Source of the DNA: Felis catus | Taxonomy: Eukaryota | Length of the DNA: 64,000 nucleotides | Direction of reading: 5' to 3' | NCBI RefSeq assembly: GCF_018350175.1 | Contig: NC_058368.1 | Location: forward strand, 63,800,001 to 63,864,000 | Shown: positions 36,829-50,829 of the stretch, one piece after another | Numbering within the stretch: the stretch's first letter is position 1 | Layout: every line of letters begins with the position of its first letter | The notes under the pieces: generated by a model | The model's input: only the letters and a program-made list of their open reading frames with translations | The model's database searches: none | What the model was told of the DNA's origin: nothing | Translations under genes and position numbers: made by a program

Positions 36829-39800
36829 CTTTGACAGATTGAATTCACAATGCTTCATGATTCTGACTTATGATATATGATTTTAAATATGTATTGATAG
36901 GAACTAAGAGTTTAGAGTGTTTGGATTGGTTGGAAGAAAGACTGCCATAGTAATGTTTTATCTTTTGCTTAATAAACAATTATTATATACCTATTATGTT
37001 TCAGGCCTAGTGCTTAGAAGGAAAACTACATGATGAGTAAATTATGGTCCTTGACCTCACGAACTGTAGGCATGGTGGGTCATAGAGAGACTTTAGCACG
37101 TAACTAGAAAATAGTGCAGTATGAACAAAGTTACCTGGATAATGGCATAGAATAGTAGAATATACAATTAGCAACCTGATTGGGTCAGGGAAGTTTGTGT
37201 ATAAGGTGCCATTTGCATTAAGGATGAGTATAAGGGGTCCAGGTAGACAAGGAGAAGGAGGAAGGAGATGTGTGAAGGCTTAGGAGACCAAAACAGCATC
37301 ATGTTTCTGTGTTGAGCATCAGCTGTCTGTGTGTTGGAAGCAGAAGAGAGGGTGAGTGTAGGAGTAGGAGAAAAAGAAATGGAGGAGTGGCCAAAATGAG
37401 TGCAGAAAAATAGATTAGATTCCGCACAAGAAAGAGCATGTTATATCTCACTTCGGGGTGTTTAGACTTTTAGAAACACCAGGGACAGGTTTGAAATACC
37501 TCAACCTGATCTAGTGAATCTGAATGTCTTAATTAAATCAGAAACCTGAAGTAACGTTTATTCATATTAGGGTTTAAGAAATGCTGTTATAGGCAATGGG
37601 AGCCTTTGGCTTTTTTAATATTTCATAATGCGAGGTCATATCTGGCACTACAGACCAATGTACTGTTGTGTATATTATATGTGTATTCAGAACCATAATG
37701 AACAAGATTAGTCTTTATACAGCTTGAATGCTGTATGGTACCCTGGGTAGCAACTTAGCATAGTTTAAGTAGATGAAATTATATAAAGTGTCTACTAAAA
37801 TACCATTGGTGAAACTTTACCAAGTGTTATTAGTTTTTTTTTTTTCTTTTATCCCCTTCCTCATGCACAGTAAATCCTGTCTGAATAATTTACTCATTCT
37901 GGAACATTAAAACAGTCTTGGGCTTTAAGGATAACTAAAGAGTTTCTGAACTATAATGAGGCTCTTGAAAATGCTGTGCCACAAATTATATGTGGGGGAG
38001 AATGTGGCTTTATTTAAACTTCCAAGCTCGCTTTCATTTTCATCCAGAGAATGGTTTTGATAAGACGCTGTTATTTGGTATAACTGGAGTAGCAAGTGAG
38101 TTCTCCTTAGCCTCATGAGGGTAGGAGGGAGAGGCAGAGGGAGCACCAATCTTTAGGTCTATGGATGGAATTGAGTTTGTCTAAAGCCCTTCACTGTATT
38201 TGGACAGGGAATGGCTTGCATACGTGGAAATGGAATCTGAATTAAAATTGAAAATAGTCACATAAAATGAAGTGTAGTAATGACCAGTGTGGACCACAAC
38301 GCCAAGTGGGGGAACCTACTGAAATAAAAATGCTGATTATTGTATTGGAATTCATTGTAGAAAATATGGAAGAAACATCTTGGCTAATAGTTTCAAAAGG
38401 AAAGAAAACAGACTGGGATTCATCAGTACAAGTGCAAGACAGTGGAAATAAGACTCAGCCGTTCCAAGACTGAACTTTGATTAGTATCTTCCTAAATGAT
38501 GGGCTCTACTTTTTAATTATTTTCAAATGTATAGCCACAAGTCCACATAGAAGACAAGATCAATTTCCTATAAAACAATTTAAAAAATAGATTTTTAACT
38601 CTAGCTTTATGGCATTTGGTGCATCAGCTCAAAGGCTACTATGTTTTAACTGAATTGGCAGTAGGACATGAGAAATGTCCTAGAACTTCTCTATCTAAAG
38701 GACTTATTTGTATTTGCTTATTTTTAATAGAACATAGTCTATAGTCCCTGATCTGCGGTTGGAGCATTTGGGAGATTATGGTACACTTATCTTTTTTTTT
38801 TTTTTTTTTTTTTACATTTTCAATACACTGATATTCCAAATGCTTTGACCTTGTTCTGCAAAATTGTAGTAATGAGTTTTTCCACTTTTATTTAACAACC
38901 ATTTTGAAAAAGGGCAGCAGATATTTGAATAGGGGATATGTGGATTTGGTCAATTTTTATAAGGAAAATCTACATTATTTCTAAAGTCATATCTTTGAAA
39001 TTATAATATATAATTATAATGTATAACTTAAAACTTGGATTTTAAAAAGATATCTTTGGAAGCACAGTTTTTACAAAAGTTTAGATTTCTAACAAATTTA
39101 TAGAGGGCTTCTAGCATCCCATAGTTGAATCACATAATTGTTATACCCTGTGCTTTCTGCTTTTGACTATGTTACTGTTGGAATATTTTCTGATAACGTC
39201 TGTGAAAGCAGGAATGGATGTTGTAGTAAAACAGAGCCTTCTTGGTCTGATTGATTTTGTGCTTTACAACCCATTTCAGTTATCAGAAAGTATTTACATT
39301 TTTCCTCTTGCTATTTGGAAAGAATGTAATGATCTAAAAAAATTGCCTACTGTCTGAGGGGGTTTCTCTCTTGTCAAGGCAGAAACAGTATATTTACTAA
39401 ACTGCCTGTAACTTTGGAGTGAATACTGCAATTCATTTCTTTTTCTGTTTGCTGGCCTGTAACTATAGGAAGCACCCAAACATGACACGTGGCAGTATAA
39501 TGTAGCAGATCTGTAGACCATGGTGAGGATGTTCTAAAATAGGAGATTCCGGAATGAAATTAAAAACCATTTTTAAGTGGTTATATCTCACCAATATTTT
39601 ACTTTAGTATGAATTTGTGTAATGATTATTCTTGTATTGCCCAATATCTTAGCCATTACTATAAAGCTAACAGAACAAACAAAAGTGTTTTTAAAACTAT
39701 CCTGTAGGCAAATATCCCAGGAACCATGAAATGGGGGAGAGACGTAAGATGCTAAGACACATATCTGTATTCACTATTTGGGGAAAAATACCCACCAAAA

Positions 39801-40635
39801 TTTTCTAGAAGAGGGTGTAAATTAAACACATTTCTTAGACCAATAAATATGGTCAATGGCTTATCGTGATTTGACATAATGAGAGAAATAAATATAATTA
39901 ACTATGATGACAAAGTCAGTTGAACCACTATAGCTATTTAGAGGATACTTGCCATTTTAGCTGGAGGTCATTTGCTTTTTTGTACACTAATGAATTGTAC
40001 AGAGCTAGCTTTAAAAGGAAAGGTGTATAATTTGTATAATTATAATTTGTGTAATTGTGTAGTTAGAGGGACTGTAGGTCCAATTAACTCATTTTAATTT
40101 AGAATGCCATGTGCTACTTGATAAAATGGCTTTTCTAGCACCTGGATATCCTTTTAGACATGCCTTGGAGACCCTGTATGTAAAGAAAATTGTGTTGATT
40201 TGCTCAGATCTATGGGATTTGGACTTGGTCCTGGAGTGAATATTGTATTTAAATACATAGGTAAAAGACAGGGAGAAAACATTTAGAATGCTCACAGTTG
40301 GGTAAGGAAAGAAAAGTCCAAGGAACCTTTGGGAACTTTTTTTAGTAATCCAGGTTGGATAAGATAGTTTTTTGGGCAATATATGGTAACAAGGAAGGTT
40401 TTTTGTTTGTTTTCCAAAAGAAAGGAAAAATAGTTATTGATGACTAACTAGACATAGGAAATAAAAGTCTCAGCACCTTGAATCTGGATGCTTACAAGGC
40501 TGATTCTAATATATGAAATAAGGAAGTCAGAAAGCTGCTGAGCAAAGCAGAAGAGGATAGTAGACCAAAAGAGTCGAGGTTGATGTTAGGCATTGAAAAA
40601 TAATTAGATCTCCAGGTAAGACAATTTTGCTTCCT

Positions 40636-41958
40636 CAACAGTTCTCATAGTGTAATCTGGGGTTCTTAAGATCTTTTCAGAATGTGTGGGAGATCAAAAC
40701 AATATTCATAATACTATTAAGACATGATTTTTCTTTTTCTCTGCATTGGCATTTCTGTCGGTAGTGCAAATGCAGTGGTGAGCAAAACTGTTGGAATTTT
40801 AGCAATAAGTTAGTGGCACCAACTTGTACTCACAGTCATTGTATTGTTCACATCTACAAACTTGAAGGGGAAAAACTCCAGTTTCATTTAAAAATGTCCT
40901 GATGGAGCAGTAAAAAATTATTAATTTTTGCTAAACATCAGCCCTGAATTATATATATTTTTCACATACTGTGTGATGACATAATATGTAAAGAATATCT
41001 TCTGCATACTAAATTATAATGGCTCTCTTGACAAAAGGCACTTGTGTGATTGTTTTAATTGCAACCTCAACTAGCCACTCTTTTTCTTGAACATGCTTTA
41101 TTTTAATGTGAAAAAAATGATTGACAAATTATGATGACTCAGACTTGGGTATGAGGTAGATATTTTCTTAAAGTGAACCAAAATGAGCCTGCTGTTTCAA
41201 GAAACACAACTTCCAATGTTTGTTGCCAGGGATAACATTTCAGATTTCAAGAGAAAATTGGAATTTTAGGAAACTTACAGAGATCACCATAAACTTGAAA
41301 AGTTCCTAATACATACAGAAAAGATTAACTGTGTCAGCATTGAGGAAATGTGCGTAATGTGTCCATCAACATTTTTCAAATGGTAATGTAGTGACAAAAT
41401 CATGCATGGGTAATAGAACCATTCCTAGTGAAACATAAACCAATGGGGCTTTGCAACTGACAATGAAGAAAAATTACTTGTCAAGTTTTGGTGTAATAGC
41501 AAAGAAGAATATTAACAATTATGTGAAAAGATGTTTAAATATACCTTCTTTTGCCAGCTGCATATCTTTGGGAGGCTGGATTTTTTTTTTCCTATGTGTG
41601 TTGACAGAGACAACATATTGTAGTAAATTAAATCCAGAAACAGCTATGAAAATCTAGCTGTCTTTGATTAAGCCAGATATTAATGAAATTTATAATAATG
41701 TAAAATCATGCCAATTTTCACACTATTTATTTTAGAAAATAGTTGTTTTTCACAAAGCGTGTAATCTGTTCTAACGTAATAAGTTTGTTGTGGTTATATT
41801 TTAACTGGACTGAATAAAATTTTTAAATAGTTACTAGTTTTTATTTTAAAATAATATATATCTATAAATGTAACTCTCCAAGACAAAAGCTCTACAGGTT
41901 AATCAATAACTTTTCAGAATGTAAAGGATCCTGAGACCAAAAACTTTGGGAATCAATG
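40636..41958 (+). mobile_element. Charlie1a-like hAT DNA transposon with decayed transposase remnant
   Basis: Ends caacagttctca... and ...ggatcctgagaccaaaaactttgggaatcaatg; internal ggtagtgcaaatgcagtggtgagcaaaactg and aaaaatgtcctgatggagcagtaaaaaattattaattt match Charlie1 as recalled. Confidence 0.85.
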
Positions 41959-42884
41959 AGTAATATATGTAAATTTGGGGGTCATTGGCCTGGAGGTTTC
42001 ATTTGATATTGTAGAAGTGGTATTGTATTTTGAGTAAGATAATATGGAACAAAAACTGGGGCTTCAAAAAAGAAAAGTGGCCTAGGATTTACAGGAATGA
42101 GTGAAAGAAGAAAAAAGTCATCCATAGAGGATGTAAGGGAATCAATGCCATCAGTTTTAGGGGCTGAAGTATGCAGGAGAGTGTGAGCCTTGGAAGGAAG
42201 CCACTGCATTTGGTCAGGGTGGAGGTCTATAAAGACCTTGAGCCATTTCAGTGGACCAGTACAACCTTTAATTTGAACCATTCAGTTATCTCTCTCTGCC
42301 CACCTGAATCTTTCTCTATTCCCTGATGGAATTTGCAGACCATCACCAGCAAAAATCCCTCTATCCTCACCCTTTATCTCCGAGTGGAACTTGACATTCT
42401 TGTTCTAACTAAACCTTAGTACATCTTCCCTTCAATCTCTTCAAATACAGATTGTGGTTTTGGTGAGTTGGAGGTGAAGGGCAAGAGTGTTTATTTTCTT
42501 CTCCACGTGTACTTGATAATAAAGATCTTACATGGTACGCTTTTTCCCGCAGAGATTAGGATGAATTTTCCAGTTAATAATTATAAATATTGGGAAATCC
42601 TCAGCTGTTTGGACTCCAACAAAACATGTGTAGAGATTTCTCTTCATTTGTTTGTGCTATGGTAATAATACTTATTAATTTCCCAAAAAAGAATAATTAT
42701 AATGGTTAATTTGGATTATACCACATGTAATGGCCCAATGTTCCTAATTAACAGTGAAATGTCCGCATTTAATTGGATATGTAAAGTTTTGTTTTATTTT
42801 TGGTTGAAATATATACAAAACGGCCCCTTTTCAACTTATTTAAATAGACTTTCAGCCTTTTTAAAGAGACCACCTATTCTAATA

Positions 42885-43510
42885 GTTTAGAACCTAGACT
42901 CTGGAGCCAGATAACTTGCATTTAGATTTAGGCTTCGCCACTTTGTATGTTAATACAGAAAATCACTTACTTGAGCAAACTATAGGAAATCACTTACATT
43001 TTCAGTGCTTAAGCTTGATTACATTTAAGATGGGAATGTTAATAAGAATTTTTAAATTATTTTAAATAATACTATTATTATATTCAGTATATAATAATAT
43101 GTACCAGACTCAGTACCTGCTAGTATTCCACACTGTCATTTATCAGCCTCCTGACATTTATTATAACCTTAGATGTTTATCATTATTTGTTATTACAGTG
43201 AGATTACCCACACCATGAATGTGAATTAATTTACCAACAGAATTTAATAAAGTATCTAGCTTATGGCAAGTACATGGCAGAAGTAAGAGATTATTAGTAT
43301 TAGTATTCTTTGATGTATTTTGAGCACTTTCCACCTGCAGGTGCAGGGACAGTGTGTGTATGTACAAATTCATTTAATTATCACAGCCACTACAGAAGAT
43401 AGAAAGTATTCTACCTGTTTTCTGATGAGAATAAATATGGCATGGGGAAGTTAGAAAATTTATAGTCACATAAATAACATTTAACTGGAGTGGATTTAAA
43501 CCTAATCGTA
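42885..43510. mobile_element. Two MIR relics in opposite orientation
   Basis: tagactctggagccagataacttgcatttaga (about 42896); ctacctgttttctgatgagaataaatatggcatggggaagttag (about 43411). Confidence 0.55.
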
Positions 43511-43897
43511 TCAGGATATATTGAGTCTTCCAATGAGCCAAGGGTTGAAAGATATAAAGATGAACAGGACATGATCCGTGTCTCAGACGACCTCTGATTC
43601 CTCAGGAAAGGGAGTAAGTTACAAGCATTCTTAAAATATCTTTCTAGTGCAGGATGTAAATGTAGGGGGAAAGACCACTGGGCATCATCCTGTACTTTAT
43701 TTCATGTGATTTCACAGATATTCTGTCCCACTGTCAGAACAGACACTATGATACCTATTTTATTAAAGATAAAATTGATGTTTGGGGAAGTTAAATGGCT
43801 CATATGATTTGTTTATGGAAGAGACTACACTAGAACCTTTGTCTCCTGAGTTTCCAAGTCAAAGAGTAGATATTTTTTTGTGTTCTGTGATCAGTAT

Positions 43898-46800
43898 TGC
43901 AGTAGGATGAATATTGGCCTCTGGAGGTATCAGGGACTGATCCCTGCATCTGTAAATGTTACTTATATGGAAGTAGAGGTCTTTGCAGATGTGATTAAAT
44001 TAATGATCCTGAGGTTGGGAGATTATCCTAGATTATCTGGCTGAACCTTAAAACTCCCATATGTATCCTTTTTTTTAAATATGAAATTTATTGTCAAATT
44101 GGTTTCCATACAACACCCAGTGCTCATCCCAAAAGGTGCCCTCCTCAATACCCATCACCCACCCTCCTCTCCTTCCCACCCACCATTAACACTTAGTTTG
44201 TTCTCAGTTTTTACGAGTCTCTTATGCTTTGGCTCTCTTCCACTCTAACCTCGTTTTTTTTTTTTTCTTCCCCTCCCCCATAGACTTCTGTTAAGTTTCT
44301 CAGGATCCACATAAGAGTGAAAACATATATTATCTGTCTTTCTCTGTATGGCTTATTTCACTTAACATAACACTTTACAGTTCCATCCACGTTTCTACAA
44401 AGGGCCATATTTCATTCTTTCTCATTGCCACATAGTATTCCATTGTGTATATAAACCACAATTTCTTTATCCATTCGTCAGTTGATGGACATTTAGGCTC
44501 TTTCCATAATTTGGCTATTGTTGAGAGTGCTGCTGTAAACATTGGGTTGCAAGTGACCCTATGGATCAGCACTCCTGTATCCCTTGGGTAAATTCCTCGC
44601 AGTGCTACTGCTGGGTCATAGGCTAGGTCTATTTTTAATTTTTTGAGGAACCTCCACACTGTTTTCCAGAGCAGCTGCACCAGTTTGCATTCCCATCAAC
44701 AGTGCAAGAGGGTTCCCGTTTCTCCATGTCCTCTCCAGCATCTATAGTCTCCTGATTTGTTCATTTTGGCCACTCTGACTGGCGTGAGGTGATGTCTGAG
44801 TGTGGTTTTGATTTGTATTTCCCTGATGAGGAGCGACGTTGAGCATCTTTTCATGTGCCTGTTGGCCATCTGGATGTCTTCTTTAGAGAAGTGTCTATTC
44901 ATGTTTTCTGCCCATTTCTTCACTGGATTATTTGTTTTTCGGGTGTGGAGTTTGGTGAGCTCTTTATAGATTTTGGATACTAGCCCTTTGTCTGATATGT
45001 CATTTGCAAATATCTTTTCCCATTCCTTCAGTTGCCTTTTAGTTTTTTTGATTGTTTCCTTTGCTGTGCAGAAGCATTTTTTTTATTCATGAGGTCCCAA
45101 TAGTTCATTTTTGCTTTTAATTCCCTTGCCCTTGGGGATGTGTCAAGTAAGAAATTTCTGCGACTGAGGTCAAAGAGGTCTTTTCCTGCTTTCTCCTCTA
45201 GTGTTTTGATGGTTTCATGTCTCACAGTCAGGTCCTTTATCCATTTTGAGTTTGTTTTTGTGAATGGTGTAAGAAAGTGGTCTAGTTTCATTCTTCTGCA
45301 CGTTGCTATCCAGTTGTCCCAGCACCATTTGTTAAAGAGACTGTCTTTTTTCCATTGGATATTCTTTCCTGCTTTGTCAAAGATTAGTTGGCCATACGTT
45401 TGTGGGTCTAGTTCTGGGATTTCTATTCTATTCCATTGGTCTATGTGTCTGTTTTTGTGCCAATACCATGCTGTCTTGATGATTACAGCTTTGTAGTAGA
45501 GGCTAAAGTCTGGGATTGTGATGCCTCCTGCTTTGGTCTTCTTCAAAATTACTTTGGCTATTCGGGGCCTTTTGTGGTTCCGTATGAATTTTAGGATTGC
45601 TTGTTCTAGCTTCGAGAAGAATGCTGCTGCAATTTTGATTGGGATTGCATTGAATGTGTAGATAGCTTTGGGTAGTATTGACATTTTGACAATACTTATT
45701 CTTCCAACCCATGAGCATGGAATGTTTTTCCATTTCTTTATATCTTCTTCTATTTCCTTCATAAGCTTTCTATAGTTTTCAGCATACAGATCTTTTACAT
45801 CTTTGGTTAGGTTTATTCTTAGGTATTTTATGCCTCTTGGTGCAATTGTGAATGGGATCAGTTTCTTTATTTGTCTTTCTGTTGCTTCATTATTAGTGTA
45901 TAAGAATGCAACTGATTTCTGTACATTAATTTTGTATTCTACGACTTTGCTGAGTTCATATATCAGTTCTAGCAGACTTTTGGTAGAGTCTGTTGGATTT
46001 TCCATGTATAATATCATGTCAACTGCAAAAAGTGAAAGCTTAACTTCATCTTTGCCAATTTTGATGCCTTTGATTTCCTTTTGTTGTCTGATTGCTGATG
46101 CTAGCACTTCCAACACTATGTTAAACAACCGCGGTGAGAGTGGACATACCTGTCGTGTTCCTGATCTCAGGGGGAAAGCTCTCAGTTTTTCCCCATTGAG
46201 GATGATATTAGCTGTGGGCTTTTCATAAGTGGCTTTAATGATGTTTAAGTATGTTTCTTCTATCCCGACTTTCTCAAGGGTTTTTATGAAGAAAGGGTGC
46301 TGGATTTTGTCAAATGCTTTTTCTGCATCGATTGACAGAATCATATGGTTCTTATCTTTTCTTTTATTAATGAGATGTATCACATTGATTGATTTGCAAA
46401 TGTTGAACCAGCCCTGCATCCCAGGAATGAATCCCACTTGATCATGGTGAATAATTCTTTTTATATGCTGTTGAATTCAATTTGCTAGTATCTTATTGAG
46501 AATTTTTGCATCCATATTCATCAGGGATATTGGCCTGTAGTTCTCTTTTTTTACTGGGTCTCTGTCTGGTTTAGGAATCAAAGTAATGCTGGCTTCATAG
46601 AATGAGTCTGGAAGTTTTCCTTCCCTTTCTATTTTTTGGAATAGCTTGAGAAAGATAGGTATTATTTCTGCTTTAAATGTCTGGTAGAATTCCCCTGGGA
46701 AGCATCTGGTCCTGGACTCTTATTTGTTGGGAGATTTTTGATAACTGATTCAATTTCTTCGTTGGTTATGTGTCTGTTCAAGCTTTCTATTTCTTCCTGT

Positions 46801-49800
46801 TTGAGTTTTGGGAGCGTGTGGGTGTTTTGGAATTTGTCCATTGCTTCCAGGTTGTCCAGTTTGTTGGCATATAATTTTTCATAGTATTCCCTAATAATTG
46901 CTTGTATTTCTGAGGGATTGGTTGTAATAATTCCATTTTCATTCATGATTTTATCTATTTGGGTCCTGTCCCTTTTCTTTTTGAGAAGCCTGGCAAGAGG
47001 TTTATCAATTTTGTTTATTTTTTCAAAAAACCAACTCTTGGTTTCATTGATCTGCTCTACAGTGTTTTTAGATTCTATTTTGTTTATTTCTGCTCTAATC
47101 TTTATTATTTCTCTTCTTCTGCTGGGTTTGGGGTGTCTTTGCTGTTCTGCTTCTAGTTCCTTTAGGTGTGCTGTTAGATTTTGTATTTGGGATTTTTCTT
47201 GTTTCTTGAGATAGGCCTGGATTGCAATGTATTTTCCTCTCAGGACTGCCTTCACTGCATCCCAAAGCCTTTGGATTGTTGTATTTTCATTTTCATTTGT
47301 TTCCATATATTTCTTAATTTCTTCTCTAATTGCCTGGTTGACCCATTCATTCTTTAGTAGGATATTCTTTAACCTCCATGCTTTTAGAGGTTTTCCAGAC
47401 TTTTTCCTGTGGTTGATTTCAGGCTTCCTAGCATTGTGGTCTGAAAGTATGCATGGTATGATCTCATTTCTTGTACACTTATGAAGGGCTGTTTTGTGAC
47501 CCAGTATGTGATCTATCTTGGAGAATGTTCCATGTGCACTCGAGAAGAAAGTATATTCTGTTTCTTTGGGATGCAGAGTTCTAAATATATCTGTCAAGTC
47601 CATCTGATCCAATGTATCATTCAGGGCCCTTGTTTCTTTATTGATCTTGTGTCTAGATGATCTATCCATTGTTATCAGTGGCATATTAAAGTCTTCTGCA
47701 ATTACCACATTCTTATCAATAAGGTTGCTTATATTTGTGATTAATTGTTTTATCTATTTGGGGGCTTCCGTATTCGGCGCATAGACATTTATAATTGTTA
47801 GCTCTTCCTGATGGATAGACCCTATAATTATTATATAATGCCCTTCTTCATCTCTTGTTACAGCCTTTAATTTGAAGTCTAGTTTGTCTGATGTAAGTAT
47901 GGCTACTCCAGCTTTCTTTTGACTACCAGTAGCATGATAGATAGTTCTCCATCCCCTTACTTTCAATCTGAAGGTGTCCTCAGGTGTAAAATGAGTCTCT
48001 TGTAGACAGCAAATAGATGGTTCTTATTTTTTATCCATTCTGATACCCTATGTCTTTTGGTTGGCGCATTTAGTCCATTTACATTCAGTGTTATTATAGA
48101 AAGATATGGGTTTAGAGTCATTGTGATGTCTGTAGGTTTCATGCTTGTAGTGATGTCTCACAGGATCCCCCTTAGGATCTCTTGTAAGGCTAGTTTAGTG
48201 GTGATGAATTCCTTCAGTTTTTGTTTGTTTTGGAAGACCTTTATCTCTCCTTCTATTCTAAATGACAGACTTGCTGGATAAAGGATTCTCGGCTGCATAT
48301 TTTTTCTGTTCATCACGTAGAAGATTTCCTGCCATTCCTTTCTGGCCTGACAAGTTTCAGTAGATAAATCCATCACTAGTCTTATTGGTCTCCCTTTATA
48401 TGTTAGAGCATCTTTATCCCCAGCTGCTTTCAGAATTTTCTCTTTATCCTTGTATTTTGCCAGTTTGACTATGATAATGTCATGCAGAAGATCGATTCAA
48501 GTTACGTCTAAAGGATTGGATTTCAATGCCTGTTCCCTTCCCCAGATCAGGGAAGTTCTCAGCTATGATTTCTTCAAGTACACCTTCAGCACCTTTCCCT
48601 CTCTCTTCCTCCTCTGGAATCCTAATTATGCGTATGTTATTATGTTTAATTGTGTCACTTAGTTCTCTAATTCTCCCCTCATACTCCTGGATTTTTTTTA
48701 CCTCTCTTTTTCTCAGCTTCCTCTTTTTCCATAATTTTATCTTCTAATTTACCTATTCTTTCCTCCGCCTCTTCAGTGTGAGCTGTCGTCACCTCCATTT
48801 TATTTTCTGCTCATATATAGCATTTTTTAGCTCCTCCTGACTGTTTCTTAGTCCCTTGATCTCTATAGTAATAGATTCTCTGCTATCCTCTATGCTTTTT
48901 TCAAGCCCAGCGATTAATTTTATGACTATTATTTTAAATTCATTTTCTGTTACATTGCTTAAATCGTTTTTGATCAGTTCGTTAGTTGTCGCTACTTCCT
49001 GGAGTTTCTTTTGAGGGGAATTCTTCCGTTTGATCATTTTGGATAGTCCCTGGAGTGGTGCGGAACTACAGGGCTCTTCCTCTGTGCTGTCTGGAGTAAC
49101 TTGCATTGGTGGGCGGGGCCACAGTCAGACCTGATGTCTGCCCCCAGCCCACCGCTGGGGCCACAGTCAGACTGGTGTGTACCTTATCTTCCCCTCTCCC
49201 AGGGGCAGGACTCACTGTGGAGTGGTGTGGCCTCTGTCTGGGCTACTTGCACACTGCCAGGCTTGTGGTGTTGCTTTGAAGGGATCTGGTGTATTAGCCT
49301 GGGTGGATCCACAAGGTGCACAGGGGTGGGAGGGGCAGGCTCAGCTTGCATTCCCTTCGGTGATCTGGTTGGGGGGGAAGGGGGGTGTGGCACTGGGAGG
49401 GAGGCAGACCCGTCGGTGGGATGGACCCACAGAAGCACAGCGTTGGGTGCTTGCGATGTGCAAGCAAGTTCCGTGAGGGGAACTGGTTCCCTTTGGGACT
49501 TTGGCTGGGGGATGGGCGAGGGAGATGGCGCTGGCTAGCGCCTTTGTTCCCTGCCAAGCTGAGCTCTGTCCTCTGGGGCTAAATAACTCTCCCTCTTGTT
49601 GTCCTCTCGCCCTCCCACTCTCGGAGCAGAGCTCTTGACTTATAACTTTCCAGATGTTAAGTCCTGCTGGCTGTGAGAACACACTCTGTCCAGCCCCTCA
49701 GCTTTGCAAGCCAGACTCAGGGGCTCTGCCTTGCCGGGTGGGCTGGCTGCCCCTCCACTGCCCCGGCTCCCTCCCGCCAGTCCGTGTAGTGCGCACCACC

Positions 49801-50297
49801 TCTCCGCCCTTCCTACCCTCTTCCGTAGGCCTCTCGTCTACGCTTGGCTCTGGAGAGTCCGTTCTGCTAGTCTTCTGGCAGTTTTCTGGGTTATTTAGGC
49901 AGATGTGGGGCGAGTCTAAGTGGTCAGCAGGATGCGGTGAGCCCAGTGTCCTCCTACGCAGCCATCTTGCTCTAAGCAATCTCCCATATGTATCCGTAAA
50001 AGAGGGAGACAGAGAGAGATTTGCCACACATATACAAAAGACAGTGTGACTACGAGGCAGAGATTGATTGGATTTACACACCCACAAGCCAAAAAATTAT
50101 AGGAGCCATAAGAAGCTGGAAGAGGGAAGGAATAGATTCTCTCCTAGAGCTTTTGGGGGGAGCTCAGCCTGGCCTGTCATCGTTTCAGCCTGATGGTTCT
50201 GATTTTGGCATCTGGCACAGTGAGAGAATAGATTTCAATTGTTTCGAACCACTAACTTTGTGGTGATTTGCTTGAACAGTAATAGGAAACTACTACA
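43898..50297 (+). mobile_element. MLT1D-like MaLR solo LTR split by the L1 (parts 43898-44068 and 49981-50297)
   Basis: ctttgcagatgtgattaaattaatgatcctgaggttgggagattatcctagattatct on the left; aagagggagacagagagagatttg ... aataggaaactactaca on the right; 5-bp flanks agtat/agcat. Confidence 0.88.
44069..49980 (-). mobile_element. Full-length-type felid LINE-1 (5'UTR, ORF1, ORF2, 3'UTR, polyA), inactivated
   Basis: The 5' end carries CAAGATGGC (plus strand gccatcttg at 49961). ORF1 ATG is near 49037 (MIKRKNSPQKK) and ORF2 ATG near 48121 (MTLNPYLSIITLNVNGLNAP, with an early stop). EN/RT fragments lie at 46662-47708 and 45028-46437 ([19 protein letters not shown]). PolyA is at 44069. TSD ctcccatatgtatcc at 44054-44068 and 49981-49995. 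Confidence 0.97.
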
Positions 50298-50829
50298 AGC
50301 ATCTTCTGTGGTTGGGGGAAGTGTGCTCCTTGATCCACATTGTTGCTCCCTTCTCCTCAAGAAAAGCCCCTTGGACATGCCTGCCAGAAGACTCACTACA
50401 CACTAGTATTCCAGACTGTCATTCATCAAACTTTTGGTCATCTTCCCTTATCAACTCAAGATTTATTACCTGGCACACTCACTTTCTCTTCACTTCTCTT
50501 GTTATCATCCTTGGCAGGTTTAACATCCACTGTGTAGCCAGTGTTCTTGTATCCACATGTGCCCTACATTAGATTCTTTTGCTTATTCGAAGAATTACCT
50601 CCAACAATTCCTATCCCCCTGCTCAGTCATTGAAATATTTATTTGTTGATCAAATGGCTCCTGTCAGCATATGAACATCCAGTAAATTCTCCCTCCTCAT
50701 AAAACAAATAGCTTTGACCTCTTGTTTCCGTCCTGTGCCTGCCTTGGTTTTCTACTTCCATTATAGCAAGCATTTTCAAGACAGTTATCTATATATTGCC
50801 TCAATTCCTTTTCTCCTTTTTGCTCTCCT

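Noticed and set aside
45028..47708. 469-aa and 348-aa ORFs as an active reverse transcriptase/endonuclease system
   Set aside because: These are pieces of L1 ORF2 broken by stops and frameshifts, and the RT motif is altered (FAVD instead of FADD).
49101..50087. Dense overlapping ORFs on both strands
   Set aside because: GC-rich L1 5'UTR with few stop codons; no recognisable protein.
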